Below, one piece after another: positions 1-13,812 of a DNA stretch of 64,000 nt. The first letter of the stretch is position 1; the number at the start of each line of letters is the position of its first letter. The notes beneath the pieces are model-generated. The model was not told the origin of the DNA. It did not search any database and was given only the letters and a program-made list of their open reading frames with translations. Both the position numbers and the translations under genes were made by a program. This DNA is from Podarcis pityusensis. Lineage: Eukaryota. The stretch lies in the NCBI GenBank assembly GCA_964106645.2, contig OZ067044.1, one strand, 5' to 3'.

Positions 1-689
1 AAAAAAAGACCAATTCAGATGTTAATGTATAAATGTTTATGATTAATGCAAAGCATTCTCAAAGTGATAATTAAAGCACTATCGTGGTTTTAGATTGTAA
101 ATCTAAGAATAAGAGAAACTCAGAACAGTTCCAGAAGTGGCACACAAGTGACTTTGGTGATAGTCTAATCAAAATTCACACAGGCAAAATTTACTAACTG
201 CAGAAGTGGTAGCTTGCACAAGTTCCTCTGCATAAGTTCACCTTCAAATATACAAGAAGCACTGCCATCCAAATGCAGAAGTAGGTAGTAACTGCATTTG
301 TTGATGACACGTCTTCAATAACATCCAAAGCCACTTTCAGTGCTGACCTTGATGTAATGTTCTCTCATTCACACAACTATCCCACTCCAGGGAGATATAA
401 ATTTGTACCTGCTGCTCCATCCACAAGATACAAACAGCATTACCAGTGCTAACTACCTATTTAGAGACAATAACTGCATGACCCGAGTCTGAAAGACTTC
501 TATTCCTTTCTAAGAAGTGTTCATTACTGTCAGAGGCTGACAGTGAAAACCATTATGTCAAGCTACAGACACATGCAGTTCATGAGGCACTCTGCTTGCA
601 TCGCAGTCTCTGGAATAACAATAATTAAGAATAATAATAACAACAGCAATAACAGTACACAACATTTATATAGTACTGTAGTTTTGAGG

Positions 690-905
690 GCTGAAAGGAC
701 TTCGCATGTACCATATTGCAATAATCCTTACAATTATTATGTAAGGTAGGTAGCATTATTAGCCCCAAACTACAGCTGGGAGCACTGGAGCTAAGAGACA
801 GGTGTGCATGTAAAGCTACCAACTGAGTTCATAGCTCAGATGAGATTCCAACTAGGTCTTTCCTGGGTCACAGCTCACCCATTTAGATAACACACTACAC
901 CAGCT
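690..905 (-). mobile_element. Degenerate tRNA-derived SINE (MIR/Squam-like)
   Basis: Reverse complement begins ggtgtagtgtgttatcta...ggaatctcatctgagctatgaactcag, i.e. a tRNA-like head followed by a core; resembles 7950-8135. Confidence 0.45.
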
Positions 906-1027
906 TTAATACTTGTCCTTCACGTAACATCATTTATTCTTTCAGTATGGAAATTAACCTACTTGCATGTTGTCAACACTGCCTGGGATAGTGACTTTTT
1001 GAAATGTTATATATAGGTCTAGAAACT

Positions 1028-1160
1028 ACACACACCATACATTTTAAAGCACGTGGCTTCAGCCAAAGAATCCTAGAAACTGTAGTTTGTTAAAGGTACT
1101 GGGAACTGTAGCTCTGTGAATTCTTTTGGGGGAAGCCATGTGCTTTAAAGGTATATGGGT
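1028..1160. mobile_element. Palindromic MITE-like element
   Basis: Inverted arms ccatacatttaaagcacgtggcttc...ccaaagaat / attctttt...gaagccatgtgctttaaaggtatatgg. Confidence 0.55.
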
Positions 1161-1527
1161 CACATCCATAAAATACATTTAAAATACACTTAAATACGGT
1201 ATATGGTGTGGGTGTGACCCATATACCTTTTCTGGAATGATCAATGACCTGACTCTAACATTTGGAAGTTCAAAGACATAAATCAACTGCTATTTCATGT
1301 ATGCCAATAACAGGAAGCGGGTGTTATCAAGTAGAGTATGGTTAGGCAAACAAACAGCTGAATGTTTTCAGTCTTTAAAAATAACACCTACTAATCTTCT
1401 AAATATTTGCCTATAAAGCAATCCTGCAATACCCTTCAGTGACCTGAACAGAGTGAAGTAAAAATATAGGTGCAAGCAGGGACATGCAGTTATACACACA
1501 GAGGCACACACACAGGAAAACAGATAC

Positions 1528-1593
1528 CTGGCATTTCTATGATGGTAGTCAATGGACTGAGTGTGTTGAGACCAAGGCAGACTGACATAAGGA
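1528..1593 (-). CDS. RIMS2: RIMS2 66-nt symmetric cassette exon (S)PYVSLPWSQHTQSIDYHHRNA(R), phase 2->2
   Basis: ttctgctatgctttcag|T CCT TAT GTC...AAT GCC AG|gtatct. Same length, phase and residue pattern as the recalled mammalian RIM2 insert SHFLTLPRSRYSQTIDHHHRDGR. Confidence 0.78.
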
Positions 1594-1924
1594 CTGAAAG
1601 CATAGCAGAAACAAAAAATGAAAATGTAAGACAATGAAATGAAGACCGATGAACACACATCCTAAAAAGGAAACTGAAGGACAAATGACATGACAACACA
1701 GCAGCTACAAAATCATAGTCTCTAATCATTATAATTCTATAAACATAAACAAAAGCATGGGAAAAATGCACAGAATACTGAAAAACTCTGAAGGAGATGT
1801 TAATGGTATTTTTATCACCTAGATGAACAATGCTATGCTGCACTGTGATAATCTTCCTCTATTGCCCCAGTGCAAGCATTTGACATCTGTAAACCCTAGA
1901 GATATGGGGGAGCTTAATTCTATG

Positions 1925-2276
1925 CACTGAGCCTCTTGGGCTTGCTGATTGGAAGGTTGGTAGTTCAAATCCCTGCGAGCTCCCATTGCTCTGTTCCAGC
2001 TCTTGCCAACCTAGCAGTTTGAAAGCACGCCAGTGCGAGTAGATAAATAGGTACCGCCACGGTGGGAACGTAAACGGCATTTCCGTGCACTCTGGCACTT
2101 ATCACGGTCCTCCGTGCACCAGTAGCGGTTTAGTCATGCTGGCCACATGACCCAGAAAACTGTCTGTGGATAAACACTGGCTCCCTCAGCCTGAAAGCGA
2201 AATGAGCGCTGCAACTCCATAGTCGCCTTTGACTGGACTTAACCATCCAGGGGTCCTTTATCTTTACCTTTTACCT
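1925..2276 (+). mobile_element. Sauria SINE (5'-truncated)
   Basis: Diagnostic blocks gccaacctagcagtttgaaagcac, gtagataaataggtaccgc and agtcatgctggccacatgacc, plus a (tttacc)n-type tail. Confidence 0.9.
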
Positions 2277-5200
2277 AATCAGCCCACAGTTCATATAGAT
2301 AGGGGGCATCAAATTCAGCAAGTTTAGGCAGGAGAAAGAGGACATTCCCAGAGTGAGGACTCAAATTGTGATGACTGCTATGAAGTAGGTGGAAATCTAC
2401 AGAACCATGCCAAATTGCCTGGAAGCAAAATTGCTCCCTGACCCTGAAAGCAGAGACCAATGACAGTCCATAGCAATGTCCATCGAGCACTATCCTATCC
2501 TTGCAAGAAGGCAAGTGTTAAAGTACAGAGAAGAGGGTGGGAGGTTAAACTGGCTGATAACCAAGTGAAGAAGAAAATATATTCTCTTATATGCTCCAGG
2601 AATGTACCTGACAGTGGACAGTCTCCAGTCAGGTCCATTCCTGAAGCTCTGCCCCTCAGGGAGCCAGGCTGAATGCTGGTCGGCTTCCCTAGTCTCGCTC
2701 ATCTCTCAACCTCCTGCATGGCTGGAAGGTACACAAAGCGCTTCCCAGTCACATGGGAAATCCTGTCACCAACAGTTCCCCAAACCCCACCACATCGGGC
2801 TGTAAATGGCACTCCCTGGTACGTGGGGCAGAAGCCTTTTCCTACCCTCAACCTTTCTAGAATTAATTAAACCCAATGGTCAAGATATGAAGTATCACAA
2901 GGAACCTTGACGAATCTGGTATTTGCAAATTCTGATATGAACTCATCTGATCAGCACCTCCTGGACTAATGTCTAGATCAGTACTTAGTTAGCCTTCAGA
3001 TTTTACACTTCTCAAATATTCCATTGTGGTTCTAGGCTCCAAAGCATATCAAAATACCTTTAGAAATATGCATTAGGAAAAAATGCATTTAGCAATAGGT
3101 ATGTCAGGAGAAAATACATTTAGAAATGTAATTCTAAAATAAAAATCAAATATTTAATTTGTGAATTTTTTGTTGTGTATTTAAAAATATATTCACAGAT
3201 TATTATGGAAATGAGATGAAACGGATTTATGAGTGAATACATGTCAAACTGACACAGACTAGAAACAAACTGATTCACCCATTGCTACTCATATACCCAG
3301 CCCTTTTTATATTGGCTAAAAGTGACAAACAAATATTGAATGTTCTTTTCTTCATGATAAGTCAAATATTGTAGCAATAATGGATTGAGTATACAAGGTA
3401 CCATTTTATGGTATTTCCATTAGAAACAGTGGTGGTGGTGCAGGGGAGAGAACAAGGTGAGACAGTAACAAATGGAAAAATGCCTAATTCAAGATACCCC
3501 ACTATCAACCTTTCTAATGTCACCATTCATCTCTAGAGTTATAAAAACAATATTTTCATTTTATATTTAAGACAAAGTCAGATGGGAATGTTGCTAGATT
3601 CAGAATAATTTATGTGCAGATTAGGAAAGGCAACCCAGAATCAAAATACAACTGTACATATCAGTTTAAATTATTATAACACTTTGCTTTAGCATCATTC
3701 CAGTGGCAACTATTAAGAGGAAAGCTGGTTTCAGTCTTTTTCTATTCTGGAAAGACTATCACAAAACTTTTTTTCCAGTTTGGTACTGGTTTTATCAAGG
3801 TGACTTTTTATAGCAATTTCTTTCTCAAAGCATAAATTGTCATGGATCATGTCCTAGTAGCCTGTCATATCAAAATTTCTCATTTTGGCAGATCAAAATC
3901 AGTAGCTCTCATCACAGTATGAACAGCAATGCAGTATGATTTGTTGGTCTCGGGAGATACTTAAAGCTAAAGCTTGCACAGAGATTTAAGCTCTGCCATT
4001 CTGCAGAACTTGACTTGTCTGAGTCAGGAAAATGCAACCTCAGTATATATCCTGCCTTTATCAAGATGGAGCATACCATAACGAGGACCACTATATTCAA
4101 GAAATTACACTGGGCAGTAATACAATTCTGTGTTTATGCAGGTAATTTTCCATAGATTATTGGATTTGTCAGCTCTCTCAGTGAAAACAGTTACTCAGAG
4201 GACTGATGCCTTAGCAAAGGAAAAATAATGAGTTCACTTAAGCTGAACCTGGCAGGTATGGGTGATTTTGTTCCTCTTTCCTTTCCTGATACCTTATCCC
4301 TATTATAAATAAATCAATTTGAGACTTTATCAGCAACATTCATAGCTCTCCTGATCTTATTCTGACTTGAACTTAATTTGCACCTAACTAAGCTTTTACT
4401 GAATCTGTGAATATCAGACCTAGAGACAATTCTGGAGGACACCAATACTGCAAATATGCATTGTTGTAAAGAACAGCTACTGCTACTTTTTCAGGTTCGC
4501 ATAAGCTAAAACACAGCAATTTGAAATTTTAACCTATATTTCTTCTCATTACAAGAGCACACCAGAAATCTTTGAAAGTTAGCATCCATTAGTATTTCTT
4601 TTCCCTGGGGATAGCTAAAAGTCAACCCCACCCTTGTTTATTCCCTTTTGGATCCATTCCTAAGGTAGGTTGCAACAGCAGCAGCAACACCATGTAAATA
4701 CAAGCTTGGGGGGGGGGGAAATAGTGGGTCCCCAAATTCATGTATGACCTACTGCTGGGTCCTGGGACTGGAAAGGTTGAAGGCAATGCAGCACAATGAT
4801 GCCCCCAATAGTAGAGAGAGGTGTTTGTGTTGAATTAAGCAAGCAGAGTATTACACTGCCTTCAGGGTGAGTAGAAGATGCAAACTAAGGTGCCATTTTA
4901 AATTGATGACATCACCATTCCCACTCCAAGAATGTTATTTCTGAACCAGCCCAGAGTTACTGATACATTTGAGAAGGTTCAATTGTATTAGGCATGAGAC
5001 ATAAATAGTGAAGAAAGGTACATGAAAATATTCAGAGCAACACTATTGGAGGACCAACTGTACTAATGCTTCTTCCCAAAGAAAAGCTGTTAAAATGTGT
5101 TAATTTCATTCTGATTTCATGCATCAAATGGAGCGTGCCTCAGTTTTGTGAAATTAATACTTTGTAAATGGAAATATATTGTTTTGTAATATTCACAGAA

Positions 5201-7419
5201 TGCCTCATAAGTTCCTGCAGAACTATATTAAACATATATGAACAATGTCTGCGCATTTGATACACACAGTCAGTGTACCCATTTTGGAAATATCAGGATA
5301 TGCCAAAATCAGTTTGGTTAAGAAGATTATGGCAACTGTGGAGAAATTCACATGAAACTTTTCAAGCCTCTAAAAATCTTAGCCGAGAACCCAGCTGAAA
5401 ATACCCCCCCCCCCAGACACATTTGGGGAAGCTAAACTGTCAAGAGTATGAAGCAAATGTTTCTTAGTAGCAAATCTGACTTTCTGGAATAATCTTTTCC
5501 AAGTGTCAGTGGTCCCCCTTTCTGAACAAACTCCTTCAAAAATCCTATCTTTCTCAAACCTCTGGACTGACAGAGGAGGAGAATGTGCTTTGGGCTTGGT
5601 GCTGTTTTGAGTTTTAATGTTCACAGTTTTCTGTTTATGAATTTGTTTCATTCTATGAAATTGGTTTAAAGCAATGATGTAAGCTACTATATACAACTGT
5701 GGAATGGAAGAACATAACTGTTTTTAATTAATAACAAACTAATGCCTTGTATATTTCCATATAGAATGAGACAATATTGGATTCACGTTATACAGATTTA
5801 GTAGCTTTTGGTGTAACCTGTAATACTAGATTTGGATGCTTTAATGGGCAAGAATCCACTTTGTCAGATAAACAGCTAATCTGCTAAGTACAAGGCTTTT
5901 TGTATCTACACACACCACACATGTATAGACTGAAGAGAGATGTTATTACCAAGAGATACCTGTGGACTCATCAATGGAAGAGACAGGTGTGACCTATTAC
6001 TATGTAGAATGGAATGCAAACAAGTTCTAGGGTAAAAAAAATCCAACTGAGAGAGTGTGACCTTACTCATAATAAATTGGCACAGCAAAGTGGTGTTTGT
6101 TGTCTATTCATCTTGATTTGCCAATTCATTACCTGCAGGAATAGGTCACACTCAAGCTAAATAGACCATTTACCCTTTTCACTGGACCTTGATTGCATTT
6201 CACTCTACAGAGTAATAGGACACTCTATCCTTTATCTTCCCCCATTGTATGTGCATGTCATTCTGTTTATATCTGTATCAGAGAATATCGTTTCATGCAT
6301 CTGGAAAAGTAATATTTGGACCACAATAGGTTTTGCTACAGAAAATTTGTTAGTTTGGGATGCCACAAGATCCTTCAAGGGATAGGTGGCCAAACTGCAA
6401 GGGACAGTGGCTAATCTGCAGCATGAGTACCACAAGGGAAATGGAGAGGGCATAATTCTCCAGTGCTCTGCTGGCTTGGAGCTGCCCCTGGTTCATCAGA
6501 CATAGCCAACCAGGGGCCAGAGGGTAATATATAAACAATTAAATCTGGATATTTCTGAGCACATTTAGACTGGTTAAAAATGATCATTTCTTATGCAGAA
6601 AATAAGACATACTTAACCCTCAAGTAATTTCTGTCATACTTTCTTCTCATATATGAGAATGTATATTAATGTTGTTGACAACGATGTCTCTTTATTTCAC
6701 GTTGTTTTCACCAGTTTAAAATCACTTAGTTCTTTATTCAACTTAACAGAACTGTAAAAGCAGGAAACTATAAATAATTACAGCATTGACACTAAAATCA
6801 ATGAGACTTACTTCTGAAAAGATATGCAGCCTAATTCTCCTGCTGCCACAATGAGCTAGCAACTTAAAGGGCCAAATGTTGCTTCCCAGTGTAAGCATAT
6901 AGCCACTGACCCTTTCAGCCTCAACTTCAGAACTGCAGCAAGAAGCACATGCGACTTAAAGAGAAGAAATACCCTCAGAGCTGCAACCAGACTCTAGAAT
7001 TAGTGCACCAATGCAACCATATACTTAGTTAAGCTGCTAAATGATACAGTATTTTATTTCTTCATTTTGCACCATGTTTTTCTATCAGAGTTCCCAAGGT
7101 GGTTACGTAACGCTACACACTACAACTGCTCAGAAACTTTCCAATAAGCTTTTACTTGACAAAGTACTGACAATGTCAATTTCCCTCCTTTATTCTGGAA
7201 TCCTAGCTCTTTATACTTTAAGGCCAAAAACAGATGTGACAACAGCAAATCCTATTTGTTTAGACTCAAGTCTGCTCCATCACAGATAAATCAGTCTCAG
7301 TTTCAACAGCAAAATGAATATGCTGGCAAGGGAAGCTAAACACCTTACGTCCAATTATTATTATTATTATTATTACTACTACTACTGCTGCTGCAGTTGC
7401 TGCTACTTTATTTATTAAT

Positions 7420-7760
7420 CACCATACACTGTGAAGTCTTAAGGGAATTTACATCCAACAGACAACAAAAATAAAAATACAAAAATATATAAATATATAA
7501 ATACGCAACATTTTAACCTCTACATACCTCAGTAAGACCATCAATTAAACAGCCAAATAAAATACACCAAATAACAGCAACCAAACAACCAAACATCTGG
7601 GAGCACAGATATTTTAAACCTGGTATTGAAATGATGACAAAGTTGGCACCAGCTGAGACTCCTTGGGAAGAGCATTCCACAATCAGGAGCCACAACAGAA
7701 AATGTCATCTGCCTAGTAGCAACCCTCTGCACCTCTCTCAAATGAGGCATCCTTGCCTCA
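7420..7760 (-). mobile_element. Degenerate L2-type LINE 3' end with simple-repeat tail
   Basis: ggaagagcattccacaatcaggagccacaacagaaaa matches the L2 'AFS..AP.LWN.LP' 3' region in antisense; adjacent (tta)/(cta)/(ctg) microsatellite at 7353-7407. Confidence 0.5.
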
Positions 7761-7949
7761 CCCCACCCCAACTGAGCTCAGGGGGACAGGGGGATGGGGT
7801 GACAAATCTGAGAAGGTAAACCGCTCAAATTTTGCTCTCCTTAAGGAGAGCTTTTCCATGTCTCTTTTGCTCTATAAAGTGAGCCACCCCATTTTGTAGA
7901 CAATTTGGGCAGCACTATTTAAGCAAATGGATCCTTTGAAAACTCTTTG

Positions 7950-8135
7950 GTGTGGTGCACTGGTTAGAGTGCTCAATTTAGACTGGATACACCTGTCTTC
8001 AAATTCCCACTAAGCCACAAAGGTTACTGGTGTCAGCCTAAACTACCTGACATGGTTATTTTGAGGATAAAAGGTAGGGGGAGGCAAATACACCAAACTA
8101 AGCTCTTTGGAGAAAAGATAGTATAAAAAATAAAC
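7950..8135 (+). mobile_element. tRNA-derived SINE (Squam/MIR-like)
   Basis: A-box-like tgtggtgcactggttagagtgc, B-box-like gtcttcaaattcccac, core agcctaaactacc...ggttattttgaggataaaa, A-rich end. Confidence 0.65.
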
Positions 8136-9324
8136 AGAGAAGCTGGCTGTTTCATCCTTCAGCTAATGCACTATTAAATGACCATAGTTTTGGAACAATA
8201 AATATCTCAATGCAGAGGATATTTGTAAATACATTTTTAATGCACACTAGAGACTTTTCAAGCTTGATAACTTTTAGGAAAATATACTGTTTTAAATTAT
8301 GGTGCTTTCAGGCTCATAAAACTATTTTGAGGTAATGATGACCATGAGAGTAAGTAACAATCTTTGAAAGTTAGTTTTGGGTGTCTAATGGCAGAACAAC
8401 AGTACCATATATTCCAATCAAGTGCCAGATTATTGGGACAAAATGCTCTTTTTCTCTCTCTTTCTGGTGAACTGATTTTTGTTTTGCCCTTTCTTTCAGT
8501 GTCCTTGAAGAAAAAGGAAAGGGCTTGAAAAAGTCCCTGTTGACACACTTATCAGTATGTGCAGCACTGTGGCTGCATCAGTTATAAAGAAAGTCTGATA
8601 CCAGGCCTGCAAAGAATACTCAAAACTATCTGTTTAACTTTGGTATATTTTGTTCTGATGGCCCCAGAGAATAAGCAGTAGAAGAACAAATAGGTAAGCT
8701 ATTATAATTTACCGGGCCAACAACAGTGGCTTAAAGAGTATGCAGTTTCTGGTTCACATAATTCTGTCAAGCATCTGCCTGAAGTCGAGTTTTTAACTCA
8801 ATTGTCTGCATACTCTTTCAGCAGCATGAGTTCATCCATTAAAAGATAGCATCTTACCTAACGCCACACCATCTATAAGTGATGGCTTGAAAGAGTATTT
8901 CGGTGCTCTAGGCCACAGCTTTTTAAATTGAAAAGAACAGCAGAACGTATCAGTTCTGGAATATGTCTCTTATTCTGGAAATGGTGCCTAGAATCTGCTA
9001 CCCATAGTCTGCTATTTGTTATTTTAAGAATTATGTCTGTCTGTCTCCCCCTCTCTCTCTAATACATGTCAAAAAAGCCAAAGATTTAGCCAGCTTAAAT
9101 TTGCCTGGTCCAGTTTAACGTGCTGGTGAATCAGGCATTTAGCATTCTAAATTTAAGCACAATGGAGGAATTTGTGTTTAGGAAATTTAATTAAAGCTAA
9201 ACAGTTCAAAAGCACAATCCACTTCAAATTATACCATTACTTCAATAGCAGAGAAAGACACCTTAACTTTACCTCAAAATCAACTGTCACGCTGTTTAAA
9301 TTCTTAGTTAGGATCCAAACAATC

Positions 9325-9437
9325 TTTTATGTTTTACTATGTTTTTATATGCACTGTAAGCCGCCCAGAGTGGCTGGAGAAACCCAGCCAGATGGACGGG
9401 GTATAAGTAATAAAATTGTTGTTGTTATTATCATTAC
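9325..9437 (+). mobile_element. L2-type LINE 3' terminus fragment
   Basis: tgtaagccgcccagagtggctgg...cccagccagatgg.cggggtata...aataaaatt(gtt/att)n. A shorter copy lies at about 57700-57752. Confidence 0.65.
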
Positions 9438-10210
9438 GCCTGCTCTAGAACATTTGCTGCATCCCTCTTTCCACACAATATCAGGTACCTTTAATAGGGG
9501 GACTGTGGGATTTGGTAGATCAGAATTTTTTTGGGTTGGGGGACTGGTATTTCAACTAGTAGAAAACAACCACAGAGTTCCTGTGAATGCATCAAATCAC
9601 TTCAGGAATTTGGATAAGGATTTTTTGAATCCCTGCCAGACAAGAACTTTCTATAAAACGTTAAAACTTGCTACTAGCTGCTTCTGTCATTTATAATTAG
9701 AAATTATAGTAAATGATTCAGACAGTCTGAAATATTGCTTTTTGTTTGAAAAATAGTAACAGAAAAATTGTTAATGATATTACTCTTTTTTTTAAAAAAA
9801 GGAACTTTGATTTTTGTACATGTAAGATTGTGGAAGATATACTGGTATCTTGTTAGGTAAGGTGTTAAAAATACCGAAGTGTAAGTATATTATGAAACTG
9901 AGGGAGGTGAACATTTCAAATTCAATTTTCATTAACACAAGTTAATGAGGTGAAAAATGTCCTGTCTATTTTTTAAAACGGAAGCAAAAAATGCCTCAGG
10001 TAATGTTGCAGAGTAAGCAACATAAGCCAACTACAATCTCTGCTTCACTTCTATTTCATTAAAATTCCAAGATGTCAGTAGATCTCAGGTTGCTATAGAA
10101 AAGATTTCTCAAGCAACACTGTTTAAAAGGTACTAACAAAGTGTACTTCCTCATAAAACATATCCCCACCCTCCCCCAGCTCTATATATTAATCATGTGT
10201 CCAGCTAGAG

Positions 10211-10345
10211 CAGGCATCCCCAAACATGGCCTCCAGATGTTTTGGGACTACAACTCCCATCATCCCTAGCTAACAGGACCAGTGGTCAGGGATGATGGGA
10301 ACTGTAGTCCCAAAACATCTGGAGGTCCGAGTTTGGGGGTGCCTG
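10211..10345. mobile_element. hAT (Charlie-like) MITE with 8-bp TSD
   Basis: TIRs CAGGCATCCCCAAAC / GTTTGGGGGTGCCTG; TSD agctagag at 10203-10210 and 10346-10353; internally palindromic. Confidence 0.9.
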
Positions 10346-10852
10346 AGCTAGAGGTTTCTTTGAAGTTTTCATGGAAGCAGAGTTCTGACACTGGGAGCTG
10401 GTAAAGAGTGAACACCTTTTTAAAAAGCAAAACCCATCCATTTGTGCATGGAAGGGGTGTTTGCACAACAACAAAGTGTAGCATTATAATAATCAAACTG
10501 GGAAATCCTTGGATATTTCTAATCTCTACCAATACAATAAATAAATCCAAGTTTTCATTCTAACATGTGATTATTGTCAAAGGTAAAATAAAAGGCCCAT
10601 AGAATTGATTCAATTATTTGGCTAAAATGTTCTTCTTGCATGCTTTCTTCAAGCTTTCCTGACTGGTAAATGCAAACAATGGTACTATTTATATGTAATA
10701 AAGAATAATAATAGCAGGAAATAGCATGAGGCAAATTTAACTATTTCACTTTTGTAAACTGGAGATGCTGAGGTTTAAGTATCAATCTGAATTGATTCTG
10801 TTTTGTCTAAAATGTATTATTATTGTTTCCTCTTTTACATCTGAATATCTAC

Positions 10853-10969
10853 CTCTCTCTGTCTGGGGAGTTGTGGTCATCCATTATTCGATGTCTATCC
10901 ATTCGGTTCATGGTATTGTAATGTGCAGGAGTAGATCGGGTCCCTCGAGACCCCTGTTCCACATTCCTA
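10853..10969 (-). CDS. RIMS2: RIMS2 exon, 117 nt (114 nt with distal acceptor): (S)RNVEQGSRGTRSTPAHYNTMNRMDRHRIMDDHNSPDRE, phase 2->2
   Basis: tttcttcag|TAG|G AAT GTG...AGA GAG AG|gtagat. Homologous to the recalled RIM2 RNVEQG...MDRHRVMDDHYSPDRD. Confidence 0.93.
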
Positions 10970-12389
10970 CTGAAGAAACAAAACCATCAATGTCATGAAG
11001 GCGGAAATGAGCAGTTCTCTTTAAAATGAGCCCTGTTAATGAAAATGTTAGCTGTAACCTTTAACATCCTTGACTCTGACGAAATCTGTTCAAAGCTGAT
11101 ATGATTGGTTGCCTATGCATACATCTTATATAAAAATTGGCATGTACTGCCTTCTCGCTGAGGGGAAAAATTTGAAGAAGAAAAAATCAGACTCAAGGTA
11201 GGGAAGAGTTGGGAAATCTGCACCAGGAATATTTTCACCCCCTCTGTCATGATCCACAAACAATTCACTGCAATATTTAATTTTACTGCACATCACTTAG
11301 CCAATGCCATCTAAAAACAAAATGTGAAATCTACATAATTAACATTCCATTTCAGACAAAAGTGTGCAAATTGGAATTATTTATGCAAAATAAACATCAT
11401 TTGCCAACCAAACACTTATTAAACCTGAAAACCTGGAGATTTATTAGTTATTGTCCATTTCTTGATCATGGTTAAGGCAGGAAGGAAAGGAATGTGCAAT
11501 CCTGTGCCTGGCTTCTGATCATTTAGCCATGATTAAAAGTGCCAGTGTTGCATCTGCACCAGCACAGTATTGTTTTATTTGAATTATACAAAATATGATT
11601 TAGATGTTTTCCTTATGCTGGATATTTTTAAGAGGGGTACACAACACTCAACTCTTCATATTATCTTTCTCTCCTTTAGCAAGGACAGGTGGTTAAATGC
11701 CTGTCAGTTTAAACAATAACCATGGCCATCCCAAATTAAGGAAGCAATTTCTAAATACTTGGGGTACACACTGAGGAAGCATATCTGTCAATTAATAGAA
11801 AAATAAAATATGAAACAGCCCTGTAGGCATCCAAGACATTCAGAATAGAGATAAGGAAAAGCTAAACTAAGTCATCTCACTGTCAGAAGGGGGAATTTCC
11901 AGGTTCACAATGGACCACAATAAGGAATTCATGTCTGCTGCTACCTTTTGGTGCGGGAGTCTCCCACTAAAGCTCTGAACAGACTTGCTTAGCAATAACA
12001 AGGTAGTTGCATTATGTGTCCTCAGATCATGGCTGATTACTAAGAATGGCTTAAGCCTTGAGCAGGAGCAGTCCTGTAAATTTGGAGACTTAGTCACTTT
12101 TTCCTGATACCCCATAACACTAGCGTCCAGTTTGCCCATGTACAGGAAAAAATAAACTCATTCAGATACTGTACTTCCTAATCTAACTAAATGTGGCTGT
12201 GGAATCTATGGTCAAAGAGGCAGGGTGCAGAAGTCTCTCCATATATTGACTTAGCTGCTGTATCACAGAAAGTTTTAGGGGGGAAGTTTCACACAGAATT
12301 TGGGGTAGTTTTGCTTGGAACAATGAAGATAATTGAAGTTCAGATACCCAGAAGAGACTCTTCCATCTACATCCCATAGACAAATCTCT

Positions 12390-12525
12390 CAGGGTTTCTC
12401 AAACTTGGGTCTCCAGCTGTTTTTCGACTTCAACTCCCATCATCCCTAGCTAGCAGGTCCAATGGTCAGTGATGATGGGAATTGTAGTCCAAAAATAGCT
12501 AGAGACACAAGTTTGGGAAACTCTG
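12390..12525. mobile_element. hAT MITE related to 10211-10345
   Basis: cagggtttctcaaactt ... aagtttgggaaactctg; shared core caactcccatcatccctagcta...gatgatggga. No TSD recognisable. Confidence 0.75.
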
Positions 12526-13812
12526 CTAATTACATGATACCTTTTTAAGGTGGTTTTGGACCTGAATTTGATTCAAAAGCAGGGCATAAGTAAGTCTAAT
12601 AAATAATTAAGACTGCACTCTAGTTTCTTGTGTCCATTAACATTTAGGGTTGCTAGTATGATCTGGGGGGAATTAAGAATAAATTCTTTAACACACAAAC
12701 ATTATTTTCAGTTGAATGTGACTGAATGTGATTCTGTTGAATGTGATTTTGCAAGCTTCCAGTTACTGATATATAATTACAAGTCTCAGCAATTTATGAG
12801 TAATTTATGAGTAACTGACTATTGTATCTTTCACTTTCACTATTTTTATTGTTGGATAGAGAGAGAGAAAAGTATCAGTTTCCATGTTGTGGTAGATTGA
12901 TTTATACTAATAAAAAATGGTTGTGATCATGGTCCTCAATAAAGAACTTATTTTATAGCTTGCATGTTCAATGAGCAGAAATCTTCCAACTTAACAATAT
13001 CTAATATCTACCATGACAGGCAGGGTAGGAAATAACCAGCCACTGGTGGTTCTACAGGTTATTAATATTCCAACACAGGTTATCCTTTTGCAAATGAGCT
13101 TTCAAGAAAAAGTTACAATAAATTTATACATAACATAAAAACTAGGCTTAAAAATGAATAAATAATAGAGGCTAATATCAATATGAAACTTCTAACTGCA
13201 CTGTTGCTCTAAGCTGGAACAGACTTTATCCTAAATCTATATTTTACATCAATGAGCTGAAGATTTTTACATAAACATAAGGTCTTTCTTTGCTGAACAG
13301 AATTCAAGTGGCATTTTTAATGCTAATGTTGCAAAAGTCATACCATATCTAACAGTTGGGGGAAAATATTATTTCATCAGTTTCACCGGGATATGAACCC
13401 ATATAGGCAGTGTAGGATGGCAAATTAGTACAATACATAATCTGTATAAAGCTCAATAGTCACTACATCAGTTGCTGGCAAAAACACTTAGGAAAAAACA
13501 CCACAGAGAGGTTTTGGTTTTGTTTTGCTTGGATTGCAGAGATATAAATGAAGGAGCAATCATTCTTGCTCTGAATGGAAAGAATTACATTGTATGACTA
13601 GTCATTTACAAAGATAAGTGACAAAACAAATTATTAATAAGGTCCATTACTATATTATAAGCAAAAATATCTGTGTTACTACAGAAAAGCAATTGGATTT
13701 TCATATTCTCTCACCCATTATCTTGAGTTTAAAGGAATAATTTTAGTATCTACATAATTTCATGTCATATTCAAACCAACAAACCCAAGCCTAAATCATT
13801 ACAATAATTTAC

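Noticed and set aside
3961-4038. Open phase 2-2 candidate exon (LHFPDSDKSSSAEWQSL...)
   Set aside because: No polypyrimidine tract, weak donor and no recognisable homology.
6133-6204. Open 72-nt phase 2-2 candidate exon (VKCNQGPVKRVNGLFSLSVTYSC) with ag/gt ends
   Set aside because: Weak pyrimidine tract and no similarity to RIM sequences I know; such chance candidates are common.
9172-9696. 174-aa ORF
   Set aside because: TTG start, runs through an L2 3' fragment, no domain signature.
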